A stretch of DNA of 64,000 nt from an uncultured Gemmatimonadales bacterium (GTDB lineage: Bacteria > Gemmatimonadota > Gemmatimonadetes > Longimicrobiales > RSA9): positions 32,001 through 96,000 of the forward strand of contig CAWCUS010000003.1 of assembly GCA_963798845.1 (NCBI GenBank), given 5' to 3'. Made by a program: the position numbers and the translations under genes. The notes beneath the pieces are model-generated. The model had not been told where the DNA came from and ran no database searches. It saw nothing but the letters and a program-made list of their open reading frames with translations. Positions within the stretch are counted from its first letter, which is position 1. The number at the start of each line of letters is the position of its first letter. Positions 29,517 through 39,730 of the stretch are shown here, piece after piece.

Positions 29517-31012
29517 TGCGCGTCTGCCTCCTCACGTACGACGACCGCCCGCTCGACTCTCCCCACTCCGACACGGTCAAGGCCGACCCCAGACCGTTCC
29601 TGCCGGAAGCGGAGTGGGACGTGGCCGAGCTCGAGAAGACCACTTCCGTCGCCGACGTGATCCGCCTCACACGCGAGCCCTACGACCTGTTCTTCAACTT
29701 CTGCGATGGCGCATGGGACGCCGACGCACCAGGCATCGAGGTCGTTCAGGCGCTCGAGCGCGCTGACGTCCCGTTCACCGGGGCCACGTCGGAGTTCTAC
29801 GAGCCGTCGCGCGAGGCCATGAAGCGCGTCTGCGCGGCCTGGCAGATCGACACGCCCGGCTACGTGATCGCCACGGGCGACGCCGGCATCGAACGAGCGG
29901 CGGACACGCTCCGCTTCCCGCTCATCGCGAAGCACCCGAGCAGCTACAGCAGCATCGGCATGACGCGGGACTCCCGACTGGAGGACGCCGCAGCGCTGCG
30001 CGGGCAGGCCGCGAAGATGATCGGGCGCTTCGGCGGCGTCCTGATCGAGGAGTTCATCGAGGGCGGCGAGGCCACGGTGCTGGTGGCCGAGAACCCCGCG
30101 GACCCCGCCTCGCCCACCGCGTTCACGCCCATCGCCTATCGCTTCCCCGATGGGGAGACCTTCAAGCATTTCGACCTGAAGTGGCATGATTACCATGGCC
30201 TGCGCGCATACCCTGTCGAGGACGGCGAGCTGGCCGACCTCCTGAGCGAGCTCTCCGTCCGCATGTTCACCGGCCTCAACGGCGCCGGCTACGGCCGCTG
30301 CGACCTCCGCATCGACAGGGACGGGCGGCCGTTCATGCTGGAAATCAACCCGAACTGCGGCATCTACTATCCCGCCAGCGACCCGGGGAGCGCCGACCTC
30401 TGCCTCCTCCACGACCCCGCCGGACACGCGGGCTTCACGCGACAGATCGTCGAGGCCGCTTTCCAGGGGGCCGACCGGCGACGCCGGGGGTGGCAGGTGC
30501 GCCCGACCGGGCCGGGGCATTACGGCCTCTTCGCCACACGCGCCTTCGAGCACGGCGAGACCGTCGTCCGCTTCGAGGAGCAGCCCCACACGCTGGTGAC
30601 GCGCTCGCGGGTGGAACGAGAGTGGGACCGGCGCGCGATCGACTGGTTCCGCCGCTACGCGTGGCCGCTCACCGACGAGGTCTGGATCATCTGGTCCCGC
30701 GACCCGGAGCAGTGGCGCCCCGTCAACCATTCGTGCGAGCCGACCACCTGGCTCGACGGCCTCGACCTCACCGCCAGGCTCCCCCTCGACCCCGGCGACG
30801 AGATCACCGTCGACTACGCCACGTACAGCAACGAGCTCATGCCGGCGTTCGACTGCAGCTGCGGCGCCGAGAGCTGCCGCGGCACGATCCGGGGAACCGA
30901 CTACCTCTCCCACGCCGTCGCGCGCTACGGCGATCACGTCTCCGAGTACGTCCGCCTGCGACGCCAGCAGGCCGGGAGCCAGAGGATCCGACGTCGGCGC
31001 GCCGCCCCGTGA
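29516..31012 (+). CDS. Fusion of a D-Ala-D-Ala ligase-like ATP-grasp domain with SET and post-SET domains
   Basis: ATP-grasp: FPLIAK..SYSSIG, IEEFIEGGE, GRCDLR and LEINPN. SET: YGLFATR, NHSCEP and GDEITVDY. Post-SET: CSCGAESCRG. Confidence 0.88.
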   Translation: MRVCLLTYDDRPLDSPHSDTVKADPRPFLPEAEWDVAELEKTTSVADVIRLTREPYDLFFNFCDGAWDADAPGIEVVQALERADVPFTGATSEFYEPSREAMKRVCAAWQIDTPGYVIATGDAGIERAADTLRFPLIAKHPSSYSSIGMTRDSRLEDAAALRGQAAKMIGRFGGVLIEEFIEGGEATVLVAENPADPASPTAFTPIAYRFPDGETFKHFDLKWHDYHGLRAYPVEDGELADLLSELSVRMFTGLNGAGYGRCDLRIDRDGRPFMLEINPNCGIYYPASDPGSADLCLLHDPAGHAGFTRQIVEAAFQGADRRRRGWQVRPTGPGHYGLFATRAFEHGETVVRFEEQPHTLVTRSRVEREWDRRAIDWFRRYAWPLTDEVWIIWSRDPEQWRPVNHSCEPTTWLDGLDLTARLPLDPGDEITVDYATYSNELMPAFDCSCGAESCRGTIRGTDYLSHAVARYGDHVSEYVRLRRQQAGSQRIRRRRAAP

Positions 31013-31200
31013 CGCCAGGAGCGGAGCCGCGGCACGATGCGGGGCGACGACCCGTGTGATCTGCTCGTGAACGCGCCCTGGCGCGTCCCGGGTAACCGGT
31101 CCGGAGCGGGGGCGCCGCAGTTGACGGGCGCGGACCCCGCCGCGACGATCGGTGTACCGCTTTTCGGCGATCTCCGGACGTCCCCCCGAACCCGAGCGAC

Positions 31201-32427
31201 ATGAGCGAGACGATTGCCGCGGCTTCCGCCGCGCCTGCCGAGGAATTCCACGACGACATCATCTACCCGGCCGCGATCCCGTTCCTCGTGGTCCACCTCT
31301 CCGCCCTGGCGGCCATCTGGACGGGCGTCACGGTGGGCACCGTGGTGGCCTGCATCGCGCTCTACGTGGTGCGGATGATCATCGAAACCGCCGCCTACCA
31401 CCGCTACTTCTCGCACCGCTCGTTCAAGACCAGCCGCATCGGTCAGTTCGTGATGGCGTTCCTGGCCCAGACATCGCTCCAGCGAGGCGTGATCTGGTGG
31501 GCCGCGATCCACCGGCACCACCACAAGCACTCGGACACCGTGCTGGACGTCCATTCTCCCAGGCAACGGAGCTTCCTCTACTCCCACGTGGGCTGGATCT
31601 TCTCCAACAGGAAGGATACGCCGGACTACTCGGTGGTCCAGGACCTGACCGCGTATCCCGAGCTGCGATTTCTGGAGAGGTTCCACCACCTGCCGTGGGT
31701 GATCGCGGGAACGGTGGTGTTCCTGATCGGCGGGTGGACGGCGCTGGTGGTGAGCTGGATCTGGAGCACCATCCTGCTCTATCACGGCTCCTTCTCCATC
31801 AACTCCCTGGCCCACGTGCACGGGCGCCAGCGCTATGTCACGGGGGACGATTCCCGCAACAACTGGTGGCTCGCGATCATCACGATGGGCGAGGGTTGGC
31901 ACAACAACCATCACGCCTACCAGAGCTCCACGCGGCAGGGGTTCCGCTGGTACGAGTGGGACCTGACCTATTACACGCTCAAGGCACTCTCCTGGATCGG
32001 GGTGGTCTGGGATCTCCGCGCCCCGCCGCCGGAGGTGGTCAACAACGAGCGGCGCCTGGGCCGCCGGGTCGTCGACCAGGTTGCCCACCAGATCGCGGAG
32101 ACCTTCCCGGTGGACCGGATGGCGGCGCAGCTGCGTTCGGCGTGGGACCAGGTGCCCGGACTCGACGACATCCGCGCCGACCTGGCCGACCGCGCGGCCG
32201 GCGCCCGCGCCCGCGCCACCGATGCGCGCGCGTACCTGGCCGAGCGCCTCGAGGGCCTGCACGTGCCGCATGTGCCCACGCTGGACGAGGTGCGCGAACG
32301 GGTGCGCAACCGTTTCGACCAGGTGCCGGAGGTCTCCATCGACGAGGTCGCCCGGAGAACGCGTCGGATCCTCCTGGAAGCGCTGTCCGTCCAGCTGCTC
32401 GCGACCACGGGGCCGCTTCCGGCGTGA
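31201..32427 (+). CDS. Delta-9-type acyl-CoA/lipid fatty acid desaturase with a long C-terminal extension
   Basis: His boxes YHRYFSHRS, HRHHHKHSD and GEGWHNNHH. Confidence 0.92.
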   Translation: MSETIAAASAAPAEEFHDDIIYPAAIPFLVVHLSALAAIWTGVTVGTVVACIALYVVRMIIETAAYHRYFSHRSFKTSRIGQFVMAFLAQTSLQRGVIWWAAIHRHHHKHSDTVLDVHSPRQRSFLYSHVGWIFSNRKDTPDYSVVQDLTAYPELRFLERFHHLPWVIAGTVVFLIGGWTALVVSWIWSTILLYHGSFSINSLAHVHGRQRYVTGDDSRNNWWLAIITMGEGWHNNHHAYQSSTRQGFRWYEWDLTYYTLKALSWIGVVWDLRAPPPEVVNNERRLGRRVVDQVAHQIAETFPVDRMAAQLRSAWDQVPGLDDIRADLADRAAGARARATDARAYLAERLEGLHVPHVPTLDEVRERVRNRFDQVPEVSIDEVARRTRRILLEALSVQLLATTGPLPA

Positions 32428-32535
32428 TCGGCGCAGGCGCGGCAGGTTCCGCGACGTCCACGCCAGCGGCGCGGAACGGCCGGCTCCGTCGACGCTGAAA
32501 CCCGTCCAACACAGACACCTCACCTCTCGAACGCC

Positions 32536-33009
32536 ATGGCCAATCCGACTGCGACCATCGACACCAACCGCGGCACCATCCGGGTGGAGCTCTTCGAGGA
32601 CCGCGCGCCCGGGACCACCGGCAACTTCATTGAGCTCGCCGAAAAAGGCTTCTACGACGGGGTGATCTTTCATCGCGTCATCGAGGGCTTCATGATCCAG
32701 GGCGGCGACCCGGAGGGGAGCGGCCGTGGCGGGCCGGGCTACACCATCCCCGATGAATTCCACCCCGAGCTCCGTCACGACGGGAAGGGGATTCTCTCCA
32801 TGGCGAATGCCGGTCCCGACACGGGCGGCTCCCAGTTCTTCATCACGCTGGCGCCCACCCCGTGGCTGGACGATCGCCACGCGGTCTTCGGCCGCGTGAT
32901 CGAGGGGATGGAGGTCGTCGACGAGATCGGGAGCGTGGACACCGGCGCGGGCGACAGGCCGCGCAAGGAGGTCCGCATGGAGACGGTCACCGTCGAGCGC
33001 GGAGACTAG
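32536..33009 (+). CDS. Cyclophilin-type peptidyl-prolyl cis-trans isomerase
   Basis: [31 protein letters not shown] and HAVFGRV. Confidence 0.97.
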   Translation: MANPTATIDTNRGTIRVELFEDRAPGTTGNFIELAEKGFYDGVIFHRVIEGFMIQGGDPEGSGRGGPGYTIPDEFHPELRHDGKGILSMANAGPDTGGSQFFITLAPTPWLDDRHAVFGRVIEGMEVVDEIGSVDTGAGDRPRKEVRMETVTVERGD

Positions 33010-33770
33010 GCCGGGCGCGACCTCTCGGGAGCCAGCTCCTCCCCCGTCAGCGGCTCGACCAGGCCGTGCGCGCGGAGCAGCTCGGCGTCCGCCAGGATCT
33101 CCGGGATCGCACCCGTCGCCGCGACCCGGCCGCCCGCCAGCACCAGCGCCCTGCCGCACGCGGCCGCGGCCAGATCCAGGTCGTGCGTGGCGAGGATCAG
33201 CGTTTCTCGCCGTGAGCGGAGCAGCCGTGCTACCGTTGCCCTCGCCCTGGCATCCAGTCCCGCTGTGGGCTCGTCCAGTACCAGGATCGACGGACGCGAG
33301 ACCAGGACCGTGGCCAGCGCGGCCAGGCGCCGCTCTCCTCCGCTGAGGTGATGCGCCGCCCGCTCCGCGTGCGCGGCCAGCCCCAGTGCCTCCAGTTGCG
33401 CGCGCGCCCGAGACTCCGCCTCGGGCGCCGACTCGCCGGCGTTCAGCGGCGCGAACGCCACATCCTCCAGCAGTGTCGGGAGGAAGAGCTGGTCGTCCGC
33501 GTCCTGGAAGACGAAGCCCACCCGCCGGCGCACGGCCCGGACCGATGCGTCGCTCACCACCATGCCCTCCACCACCACACGCCCGCTCGTGGCCCGCAGA
33601 AGCCCGTTCGTGTGGAGCAGGAGCGTGCTCTTCCCCGCACCGTTGGCGCCCAGGACCGCGACCCGATCCCCCGCGCCGACCCCCCACGTCACCCCGGACA
33701 GGACGGGATTCCCGCCCGGGTAGGCGAAGTCCACGTCCTCGAATCGGAGCACTTCCGCCATTGCGCTCAT
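33006..33770 (-). CDS. cbiO: ECF Co/Ni transporter ATPase
   Basis: [14 protein letters not shown] and LDEPT; overlaps cbiQ. Confidence 0.9.
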   Translation of the reverse strand: MSAMAEVLRFEDVDFAYPGGNPVLSGVTWGVGAGDRVAVLGANGAGKSTLLLHTNGLLRATSGRVVVEGMVVSDASVRAVRRRVGFVFQDADDQLFLPTLLEDVAFAPLNAGESAPEAESRARAQLEALGLAAHAERAAHHLSGGERRLAALATVLVSRPSILVLDEPTAGLDARARATVARLLRSRRETLILATHDLDLAAAACGRALVLAGGRVAATGAIPEILADAELLRAHGLVEPLTGEELAPERSRPA

Positions 33771-34528
33771 ACCAGCGCGCTCGCCACGATGGCCCCGACC
33801 AGGACCGCCAGCACGCCCAGCTCGAGCATCGGCCGCCCAACGGCTTCCGGCGCCCGCAGGACGGGGAGCGTCCCGTCGTACCCGCGGCTGAGCATGGCGT
33901 GGTAGACCCGCTCGCTCCGATCCAGGCTCCGCTGCACGGCCGCGGCCGTGACCCCGACCAGCACGCGACGACGTGAGGCGCTGCCGGCACCCGCGTTCCG
34001 ACTCCTCGCCGCCCGCCGCAGCCGGTCGACCTCGTCCGACAACGTGTACAGGAATCGGTACGCGAGCCCCAGCGACGACGTCACCACCCGCGGCAGCCGC
34101 AGGGCCCGCAGCGCCACGATCAGGTCGTTGAAGCGCGTGGTGCTGACCAGCACCACCGCCGCCCCGATCGCGACGGCCGCACGACCTGCCGCCGAGCCGA
34201 ACCGCAGCAGCCCGGCGTCGGTTACGGTCACGCCCCCGACACGGAGCACCGGGGCGCCCGGGACGAGAAAGAGGATCGCGACGGAGACCAGGATGACCAG
34301 GGCCAGCGGCGGTGCCAGCCGGGTCAGGAACGGGCGGGGTCGGATCCGGGCGAGGGCGGCGAGGGCGAGCACGAGCGCGGCCAGCGCGCCCAGCTGCGGC
34401 CATGCACCGAGGGGGAGGAGGGCCGCGCCGGTCGCCACGAGGACCGTGCCGACCAGGCGCACGGTGGGGGAACGGCGCGTCAACGCCGAGTCAACGTGCG
34501 CGTATTCGTCGATATGGTGGAAGCTCAC
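33767..34528 (-). CDS. cbiQ: ECF Co/Ni transporter T component
   Basis: LAYRFL...ARSR...AMLSRGYDG. Confidence 0.9.
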   Translation of the reverse strand: MSFHHIDEYAHVDSALTRRSPTVRLVGTVLVATGAALLPLGAWPQLGALAALVLALAALARIRPRPFLTRLAPPLALVILVSVAILFLVPGAPVLRVGGVTVTDAGLLRFGSAAGRAAVAIGAAVVLVSTTRFNDLIVALRALRLPRVVTSSLGLAYRFLYTLSDEVDRLRRAARSRNAGAGSASRRRVLVGVTAAAVQRSLDRSERVYHAMLSRGYDGTLPVLRAPEAVGRPMLELGVLAVLVGAIVASALV

Positions 34529-35442
34529 GCCGCCCCGCGCGGCCGACCCGCCAGCCGGAACACGATCCAGCCCACCAGGAACACCACGGCCACCCCGATC
34601 AGCCCGGCCAGCCAGGCCCCTCCAACGGGCGACGCGTACCGGGCCAGCGGCGACGCCGACGCCCCGGTCGGCGCGTGCAGGCCCACCGCCGCCGCTGCGT
34701 TCTCGAGGGCATCAGGCAGGCTCGACGCCCACGTGGCGGCGGACAGTGCCACCACCACCGCTGCCGCCCCCGCCACGGCCACCACCCGCCCCCGCCGCGT
34801 CACGGGCGCGTCCGTGCGCAGAAGCTCCGGGCGCGATCGCAGCACCGTCGACAGCACGCCCGCCGTGATCACGGCCTCGGTGACGCCCACGACAACGTGC
34901 GCTCCACCCACAGCCATCACCGCGGTCCGCATGGGTACCACGCCCGACAAACCCAGCTCGACCCCCACCGCGGTCCCAGTCGCGAGCGCCGACACGAACG
35001 CCGCCGCGGCCGCCGCGGCGATCCGGCCGCGCCCGCGATCCCCCAGCGCCAGCACCCCCCACCGATACACCAGCCAGCCGCCGCCCGCGCCGATCACGGC
35101 GAGGTTGAACGCGTTGGCCCCCAGCGCCGTGATCCCGCCATCCTGGAACAACAGCGCCTGCACCAGCACCACGGAGAACATGGCGAGCATCCCCGCCCAC
35201 GGGCCGGCGATCGCCGCCACCAGGACCCCACCCAGCAGGTGCGCGCTCGTGCCCGCCCCCAGCGGGAAGTTGAACATCTGGGCGGCAAACACGAATGCGG
35301 TCGTGGCGCCCAGGACCGGAGCCTCGCGCTCGCCCAGCGTCCCGCGCGTCCGGTGGGCCGCCATGCCGAGCGCCACGGCGCTCATCGCCGCCGTCCCCGC
35401 CAGCACCGAAGGGCTGAGGAATCCGTCCGGAATGTGGGCCAC
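34525..35442 (-). CDS. cbiM: ECF Co/Ni S component CbiM/NikM fused to a PDGLE-type (NikN-like) domain
   Basis: N-terminal (M)AHIPDGFL, GTSAHLLG and QALLFQDGG; C-terminal ASSLPDALE. Confidence 0.9.
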   Translation of the reverse strand: MAHIPDGFLSPSVLAGTAAMSAVALGMAAHRTRGTLGEREAPVLGATTAFVFAAQMFNFPLGAGTSAHLLGGVLVAAIAGPWAGMLAMFSVVLVQALLFQDGGITALGANAFNLAVIGAGGGWLVYRWGVLALGDRGRGRIAAAAAAAFVSALATGTAVGVELGLSGVVPMRTAVMAVGGAHVVVGVTEAVITAGVLSTVLRSRPELLRTDAPVTRRGRVVAVAGAAAVVVALSAATWASSLPDALENAAAAVGLHAPTGASASPLARYASPVGGAWLAGLIGVAVVFLVGWIVFRLAGRPRGAA

Positions 35443-35467
35443 GAATCGATCTCCTCGGGAGTTCGAG

Positions 35468-35500
35468 TTGATCGTAACCGCCCGGCCGCCCCGCGATCAA
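35468..35500 (-). promoter_or_regulatory. Candidate cbiMQO promoter (TTGATC-N18-TACGAT) overlapped by the inverted repeat TTGATCG-N19-CGATCAA
   Basis: Read directly from the sequence. A GAGGAG RBS lies between it and the GTG start. Confidence 0.45.
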
Positions 35501-35634
35501 GCCGGAAAACGCCGAGCCTCGCTGTGGGGGAACCTCCCTCCGCCCGCTCCCGATCGGCCCCCCGCACTCTCGCCCCGCCCCGGGCAGCGGCGTATTCTCC
35601 CTCGGAACTGCAACGAGACCACAGGGAGCGAGCC

Positions 35635-36507
35635 GTGCCCCCCTACACTGCGGAAGATCTCGTCGATCTCCTCGAGCTGGAGCCGCTGGAGTACAACATC
35701 TACCGCGGCCGCAACCGGGACATCGGCACGCCCCAGATCTACGGCGGCCAGGTGCTCGCCCAATCCCTGGTGGCCGCCAGCAGGACCGTGGACGAGGACC
35801 GCCCGATCCACTCGCTGCACGGCTATTTCATCCTGCCGGGCGAGCTCGACGCCCCCGTCGTGTACTTCGTCGACCGCCTCCGGGACGGAGGGAGCTTCAC
35901 CACTCGAAGAGTGACCGGGATTCAGCGAGGGAAGGCCATCTTCAACATGTCGGCATCCTTCCATCGCGAGGAGCCCGGGCCCGACCATCAGACGCCCATG
36001 CCGGCTGTGCCGGACCCGGAGGATCTTCCCTCCGAGCTCGACCTGCTCCGCGCCATGCGCGACCGAATCCCGGAGAAGCTCCGCGACGTCCTCACACAGG
36101 ATCGCCCGCTGGACTGGCGACCCGTGGACCCGGTCGACCCGTTCGACCCGGAGCCGCGCCCGCCCCTCCGCCGCACCTGGGTCCGCGCCATGGGCAGGGT
36201 GGACTCCCCGCTCCACCACCGGGCGATCCTCGCCTACGCCTCCGACTACGGAATCCTCGGTTCTGCCCTCCAGCCCCACGGCATCACGTACCGCCGCGGC
36301 AATGTGATGGTCGCCTCACTCGACCACGCCATCTGGTTCCACCGCCCCTTCCGCGTCGATGAATGGCTCCTCTACGCCATGGAGAGCCCCTCCGCCGCCG
36401 GCGCACTCGGCTTCGGGCGCGGCGCGTTCTACACCCGCGAGGGAGTGCTCGTGGCGTCCGTCGCCCAGGAGGGACTGGTCCGGGTGCTCGACGGGACCGG
36501 GAAGTAG
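35635..36507 (+). CDS. tesB: Acyl-CoA thioesterase II
   Basis: YGGQVLAQ, HSLHGYF, LRDGGSF, LAYASD, ASLDHAIWFH and SVAQEG. Confidence 0.95.
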   Translation: MPPYTAEDLVDLLELEPLEYNIYRGRNRDIGTPQIYGGQVLAQSLVAASRTVDEDRPIHSLHGYFILPGELDAPVVYFVDRLRDGGSFTTRRVTGIQRGKAIFNMSASFHREEPGPDHQTPMPAVPDPEDLPSELDLLRAMRDRIPEKLRDVLTQDRPLDWRPVDPVDPFDPEPRPPLRRTWVRAMGRVDSPLHHRAILAYASDYGILGSALQPHGITYRRGNVMVASLDHAIWFHRPFRVDEWLLYAMESPSAAGALGFGRGAFYTREGVLVASVAQEGLVRVLDGTGK

Positions 36508-36596
36508 GCACGCACGGGAACGGCGGGCGAGGCCGTCGCCTGCGACCCCGTCCCGCCGCCTCTCGCCGTCACCGCGGCGCCACCGCCGCTCGACCG

Positions 36597-37526
36597 CTAT
36601 GCTGCCGCGGACTCCGTCTCGGCCCGGCGCGTGCTGTGTCCAACCAGCACGGGGACCGGCGACGCACGCACGACCTTGTCCGCCACGCTCCCGAGCACCG
36701 CACGCGCCACGGTGCTCCGGCGGTGCGTCCCCACCGCCACCAGGTCGCACCCCAGGTCGTCGATCGCGGTCAGGATCCCGCGCGCCGGGTGGTACGCCCG
36801 CACCAGATGCGCGCGGCTGTTCAGGTCCGCCGGGAGACGCGCTTGCGTGGCCGCCAGCCCTTCCTCCGCCTCCCGCTCCCGCGCCGCGCTCAGGTCGCGG
36901 TCCATCTCCGCAGCGTGCGGGATGTAGGGCGAAGCCAGGCCGCCGGGCACGGACACGACGCGGAGCACGGTGAGGCGAGCGTCGAAGAGTCGTGTGAGCG
37001 CGACCGCGTGGTCCACGGCCGCCTCGGCGGCCTCCGTCCCGTCCGTCGCGGCGAGAACGTGCCGCGGAGCCGCGTCCGGCGGCACGCCCTCGCCGTTCTC
37101 CGGACGCACCAGGAGCACGGGGACCGAGGCGTGCCGGACCACGTTGTCCGCTACGCTCCCCAGCCACGCCCGCTCCACGCCGCCGCGCCCGTGCGTGGCC
37201 ATGACCACCAGGTCCGACTCTCTCCCGGACAAGTCCACGATGGACGCCGCCACTTCGCCTTCCATCAGCGCCGCTCGCGTCGCGATTCCATCATCCCGGA
37301 GCCGGCGCGCCCGCTCGTTGAGGTAGTCGACCTCGCGCTCGTGCAAAGCCGTCTGCCATTCGTCCAGCGCCATCACCGCCATCTCCACCGCGTACCGGTA
37401 CGTGGCGGCGTGCACGAGAGTGAGAGTGAGATCGGCGCCGGCGAGGCGCGCGATGGGACGCGCCCAGGCCAGCGCATGCTCGGAAAAGGTCGAGCCGTCC
37501 AGTGGGACCAGCACGCGACGATACAT
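36597..37526 (-). CDS. Tandem-domain universal stress protein
   Basis: VLVPLDGS, VMATHGRGG..LGSVADNVVR..PVLLV, then a second USP domain ending GSVADKVVRASPVPVLV. Confidence 0.93.
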   Translation of the reverse strand: MYRRVLVPLDGSTFSEHALAWARPIARLAGADLTLTLVHAATYRYAVEMAVMALDEWQTALHEREVDYLNERARRLRDDGIATRAALMEGEVAASIVDLSGRESDLVVMATHGRGGVERAWLGSVADNVVRHASVPVLLVRPENGEGVPPDAAPRHVLAATDGTEAAEAAVDHAVALTRLFDARLTVLRVVSVPGGLASPYIPHAAEMDRDLSAAREREAEEGLAATQARLPADLNSRAHLVRAYHPARGILTAIDDLGCDLVAVGTHRRSTVARAVLGSVADKVVRASPVPVLVGHSTRRAETESAAA

Positions 37527-37768
37527 GCCCCCTCCTGGCGGACGCCAAGCGGCCCCGCGCTCACCCGTGGTCCAGACGGACGGCGCCGTCGAGCGCCTGG
37601 CCCGGCGGCCGACTACCGGACCCCGACGCCCTGGGCCGCCGGGTGAGCGCCGCCGCTCGCGTTGCCGCCGCTCATGGCCATTCCTCCCTCGGGTCCATAC
37701 GGCCCCGCACCTCGAATATGGGCGCCAGGCCACCGGCCCGACATGATGTCGTGGGCCGCACCGAGCCG

Positions 37769-38491
37769 TCAGACCGCGCCCAGAAGCAGGTCGACGGCGG
37801 CAGAGAAGGAAGGGACGCGTGGGAAGCCGTTGTGCAGCGGCTCCACGACGTCGTGGTGCCAGGGGCGGGCCGCTTCCACCAGGATGGCGCCGGCACCGAT
37901 CTCCAGCGCCGGGTTGATGTCGCTGCGGAGGCTGTTGCCCACCATGCAGGCGCGGACGGGGTCGTGGATGTCGAACTCCGCGAGCGTGCGACGGAGCGTT
38001 TCCGCCGTCTTCACGGGCACCACGCGGACCCTGGCTTCGCCGACCGCGGCCACGGCGCCGGATTCGCGCAGGCAGCCGAGCTGGTAGTCGGTGTCACCGG
38101 ACTGCGTGTACAGGACCGTGGGCAGCCCGGCGGCCAGTCGCTTGAGCGCATCCATCGCGCCGTCGAGCGCCGGCGGCGTGCCGGCGACGGCATCGCCGAG
38201 CGCCCCGCACCGCTCGAGCAACGCGGCATCCAGGGCCCGCCCCGATCGCCCGCACAGCACGCGGTAGGTTTCCCGGAATGCCACGCCCATGCGCCGCGGC
38301 CCGAACCCGAAGCGCACACGCATCCCCGGATCCACGTCTTCATGGTGCACCCGCTCGATGAGGGCGTGCTCGAAGCCTTCCGCTTCCAGGAGGTCGAACA
38401 GGGAATCCCGCGCTTCGGCGAAGCGAGGCGCAGTGTCCACCAGCGTGTCGTCGAAATCGACGAGTACGAGATCGGGCGTTCTTCTCTGCAT
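37769..38491 (-). CDS. HAD-superfamily hydrolase
   Basis: DFDDTLVD (motif I) and MVGNSLRSDI (motif IV). Confidence 0.88.
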   Translation of the reverse strand: MQRRTPDLVLVDFDDTLVDTAPRFAEARDSLFDLLEAEGFEHALIERVHHEDVDPGMRVRFGFGPRRMGVAFRETYRVLCGRSGRALDAALLERCGALGDAVAGTPPALDGAMDALKRLAAGLPTVLYTQSGDTDYQLGCLRESGAVAAVGEARVRVVPVKTAETLRRTLAEFDIHDPVRACMVGNSLRSDINPALEIGAGAILVEAARPWHHDVVEPLHNGFPRVPSFSAAVDLLLGAV

Positions 38492-38886
38492 GGCCCGCCA
38501 AGTTGAACGCCTCCGCCGGCGTCGCGCAACGGGTTCCAGAGTCGCGGAAGCTGCCTGTTCCACCGTGCGTCGCGGAAGTCGCGCTTCGCGACCACATCCC
38601 CCATCTTCTCCCTGGCTGGCGGAGCGGATCAGTGTTCGGGGGTGGCGATACGCCCTTCCCGCGAGCCGCTCCTCGCCCGCGCCCTGGACGACGCCAGGCG
38701 CAGTCTCGAAGTCGTCGACGCGGACCGGCTCCTGACCTTCCCGGCCGAGCGTCGCCTCGGCCACCGGATCGCCGCCTTCTGGTCCGAGCCAGAGAGCCGC
38801 ACCGCCTCCTCCTGGACCGACCACCCGGACATCAACGCGGTCATGCACGCCACGGCCCTCGCCCCGGATGGGTGGCTCGGGTCGGT

Positions 38887-39723
38887 CTAGGCACCCAGAC
38901 GGGCTCGCTCCGTTCCCGTGTCCGGGTTGGCCCCTCCCTGGCAGGCGGGGCAGAAGTACGTCGCCCGGGCCGTGTCTCCCTGGCGGAACCACTCGATCGG
39001 GCTGCCGCACTCCAGGCACGGCCGTCCCGCGCGCCGGTAGACCCGGAGTCGCGGGCTCGACGGGAGGGGTCGCGCCCGCAGCGGGATCGACGTGGGCCGC
39101 CCGGTCCGCAGGTTGAGCCGCAGGAGGCGGGCGGCGGTGTCGTAGATACGGGCGAGGTCGTCGGGATCGAGGTCGCTCACGCGCGTGCGCGGGTCCACCC
39201 GCGCGGCGAAGAGCGTCTCGCTCTTCCAGATGTTGCCGATCCCGGCGGCGATCCGCTGGTCCAGGAGCACGTCGCCGATCTCGCGTTCGGCGAGCGCGGG
39301 GTGCCGGGCGCGCCGCACCGCTTCCCCAATGTCGGGAGGGTCCGCGAGGAGGTCGGGACCGAGGCGCGCCAGCCTGGGGTGGCTGCGCAGCGTGGCCGTG
39401 CGCAGCGGCTCGGCCGTGTACGCCCGCTCGCACAGGTAGACGGCGCTGCCGCTGACGAGGGCGGCGGTCGTGCGGGCGGGCCACCGCTGGGCGGCGTGCA
39501 GGCGCGACCACCGCCCGTGCATCCCCAGGTGCACCCGCAGGCTCCAACCGCCCTCCAGATGGACCATGAGGTGCTTGCCCCGGGCTTCCACGGCCGTCAC
39601 CGTCCGACCCGTCAGCTCCTCCACGTCGCCCCGGTCGCGCAGCCAGACCCGGTCGAGCGGACGACCGGCCAGTGCGGACCTCAGGCGAGCCGCGATACGG
39701 TGGACGGTGTCGCCTTCCGGCAC
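38887..39723 (-). CDS. nei: Fpg/Nei-family DNA glycosylase (endonuclease VIII-like)
   Basis: N-terminal PEGD, GKHL, HLGMHG, LGPDLL, LLDQRIAAGIGN and the zinc finger CLEC...CPACQ. Confidence 0.93.
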   Translation of the reverse strand: MPEGDTVHRIAARLRSALAGRPLDRVWLRDRGDVEELTGRTVTAVEARGKHLMVHLEGGWSLRVHLGMHGRWSRLHAAQRWPARTTAALVSGSAVYLCERAYTAEPLRTATLRSHPRLARLGPDLLADPPDIGEAVRRARHPALAEREIGDVLLDQRIAAGIGNIWKSETLFAARVDPRTRVSDLDPDDLARIYDTAARLLRLNLRTGRPTSIPLRARPLPSSPRLRVYRRAGRPCLECGSPIEWFRQGDTARATYFCPACQGGANPDTGTERARLGA

Positions 39724-39730
39724 GCCCGGA

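Noticed and set aside
38642..38890. 82-aa plus-strand ORF between the HAD gene and nei
   Set aside because: No recognisable motif or clear RBS. It cannot be distinguished from a chance ORF.
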